From NCBI GenBank assembly GCA_029974275.1, contig JARKSN010000254.1, positions 1 through 31,029 of the forward strand: a DNA stretch of 31,029 nucleotides, given 5' to 3'. The notes under the pieces are model-generated. The model worked only from the letters and a program-made list of their open reading frames with translations. It searched no databases and was not told the DNA's origin. This DNA comes from Candidatus Hydrogenedentota bacterium (GTDB taxonomy: Bacteria > Hydrogenedentota > Hydrogenedentia > Hydrogenedentales > SLHB01). Positions 31,024-31,029 of the stretch are shown in pieces; positions within the stretch are counted from its first letter, which is position 1, and each line of letters opens with the position of its first letter. Position numbers and translations under genes: made by a program.

Positions 31024-31029
31024 AGCTAC

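Overview
High-GC bacterial chromosomal segment made mostly of core genes. Left to right: 5'-truncated rtcB, a small membrane protein, then a ZMP/ZTP (pfl-motif) riboswitch in front of gcvT-gcvH-gcvPA-gcvPB. Next come an orphan rfbH coupled to a large membrane protein with a LamG-like tail, and a minus-strand block with two tandem GT-C/TPR glycosyltransferases, a Tat-signal Fe-S aldo/keto reductase and a DUF6599-like exported protein. These are followed by a lower-GC stand-alone DUF2235 lipase-like gene, trpB2 with a structured leader, and groES-groEL with CIRCE sites and an 8-mer repeat insert. The right end holds pgsA-like/der/plsY, an MFS transporter, an L-lactate permease and rluD. Most notable: (1) an 850-bp integrase-free islet that duplicates and apparently replaces the rluD 3' end and carries a DUF4258/DUF2283-like toxin-antitoxin pair; (2) a ZTP rather than glycine riboswitch on the glycine cleavage operon; (3) a candidate kissing-loop RNA in the trpB2 leader that I do not recognise; (4) direct and inverted 8-mer arrays between groES and groEL. 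All family calls come from motif recognition by eye; no searches were run.
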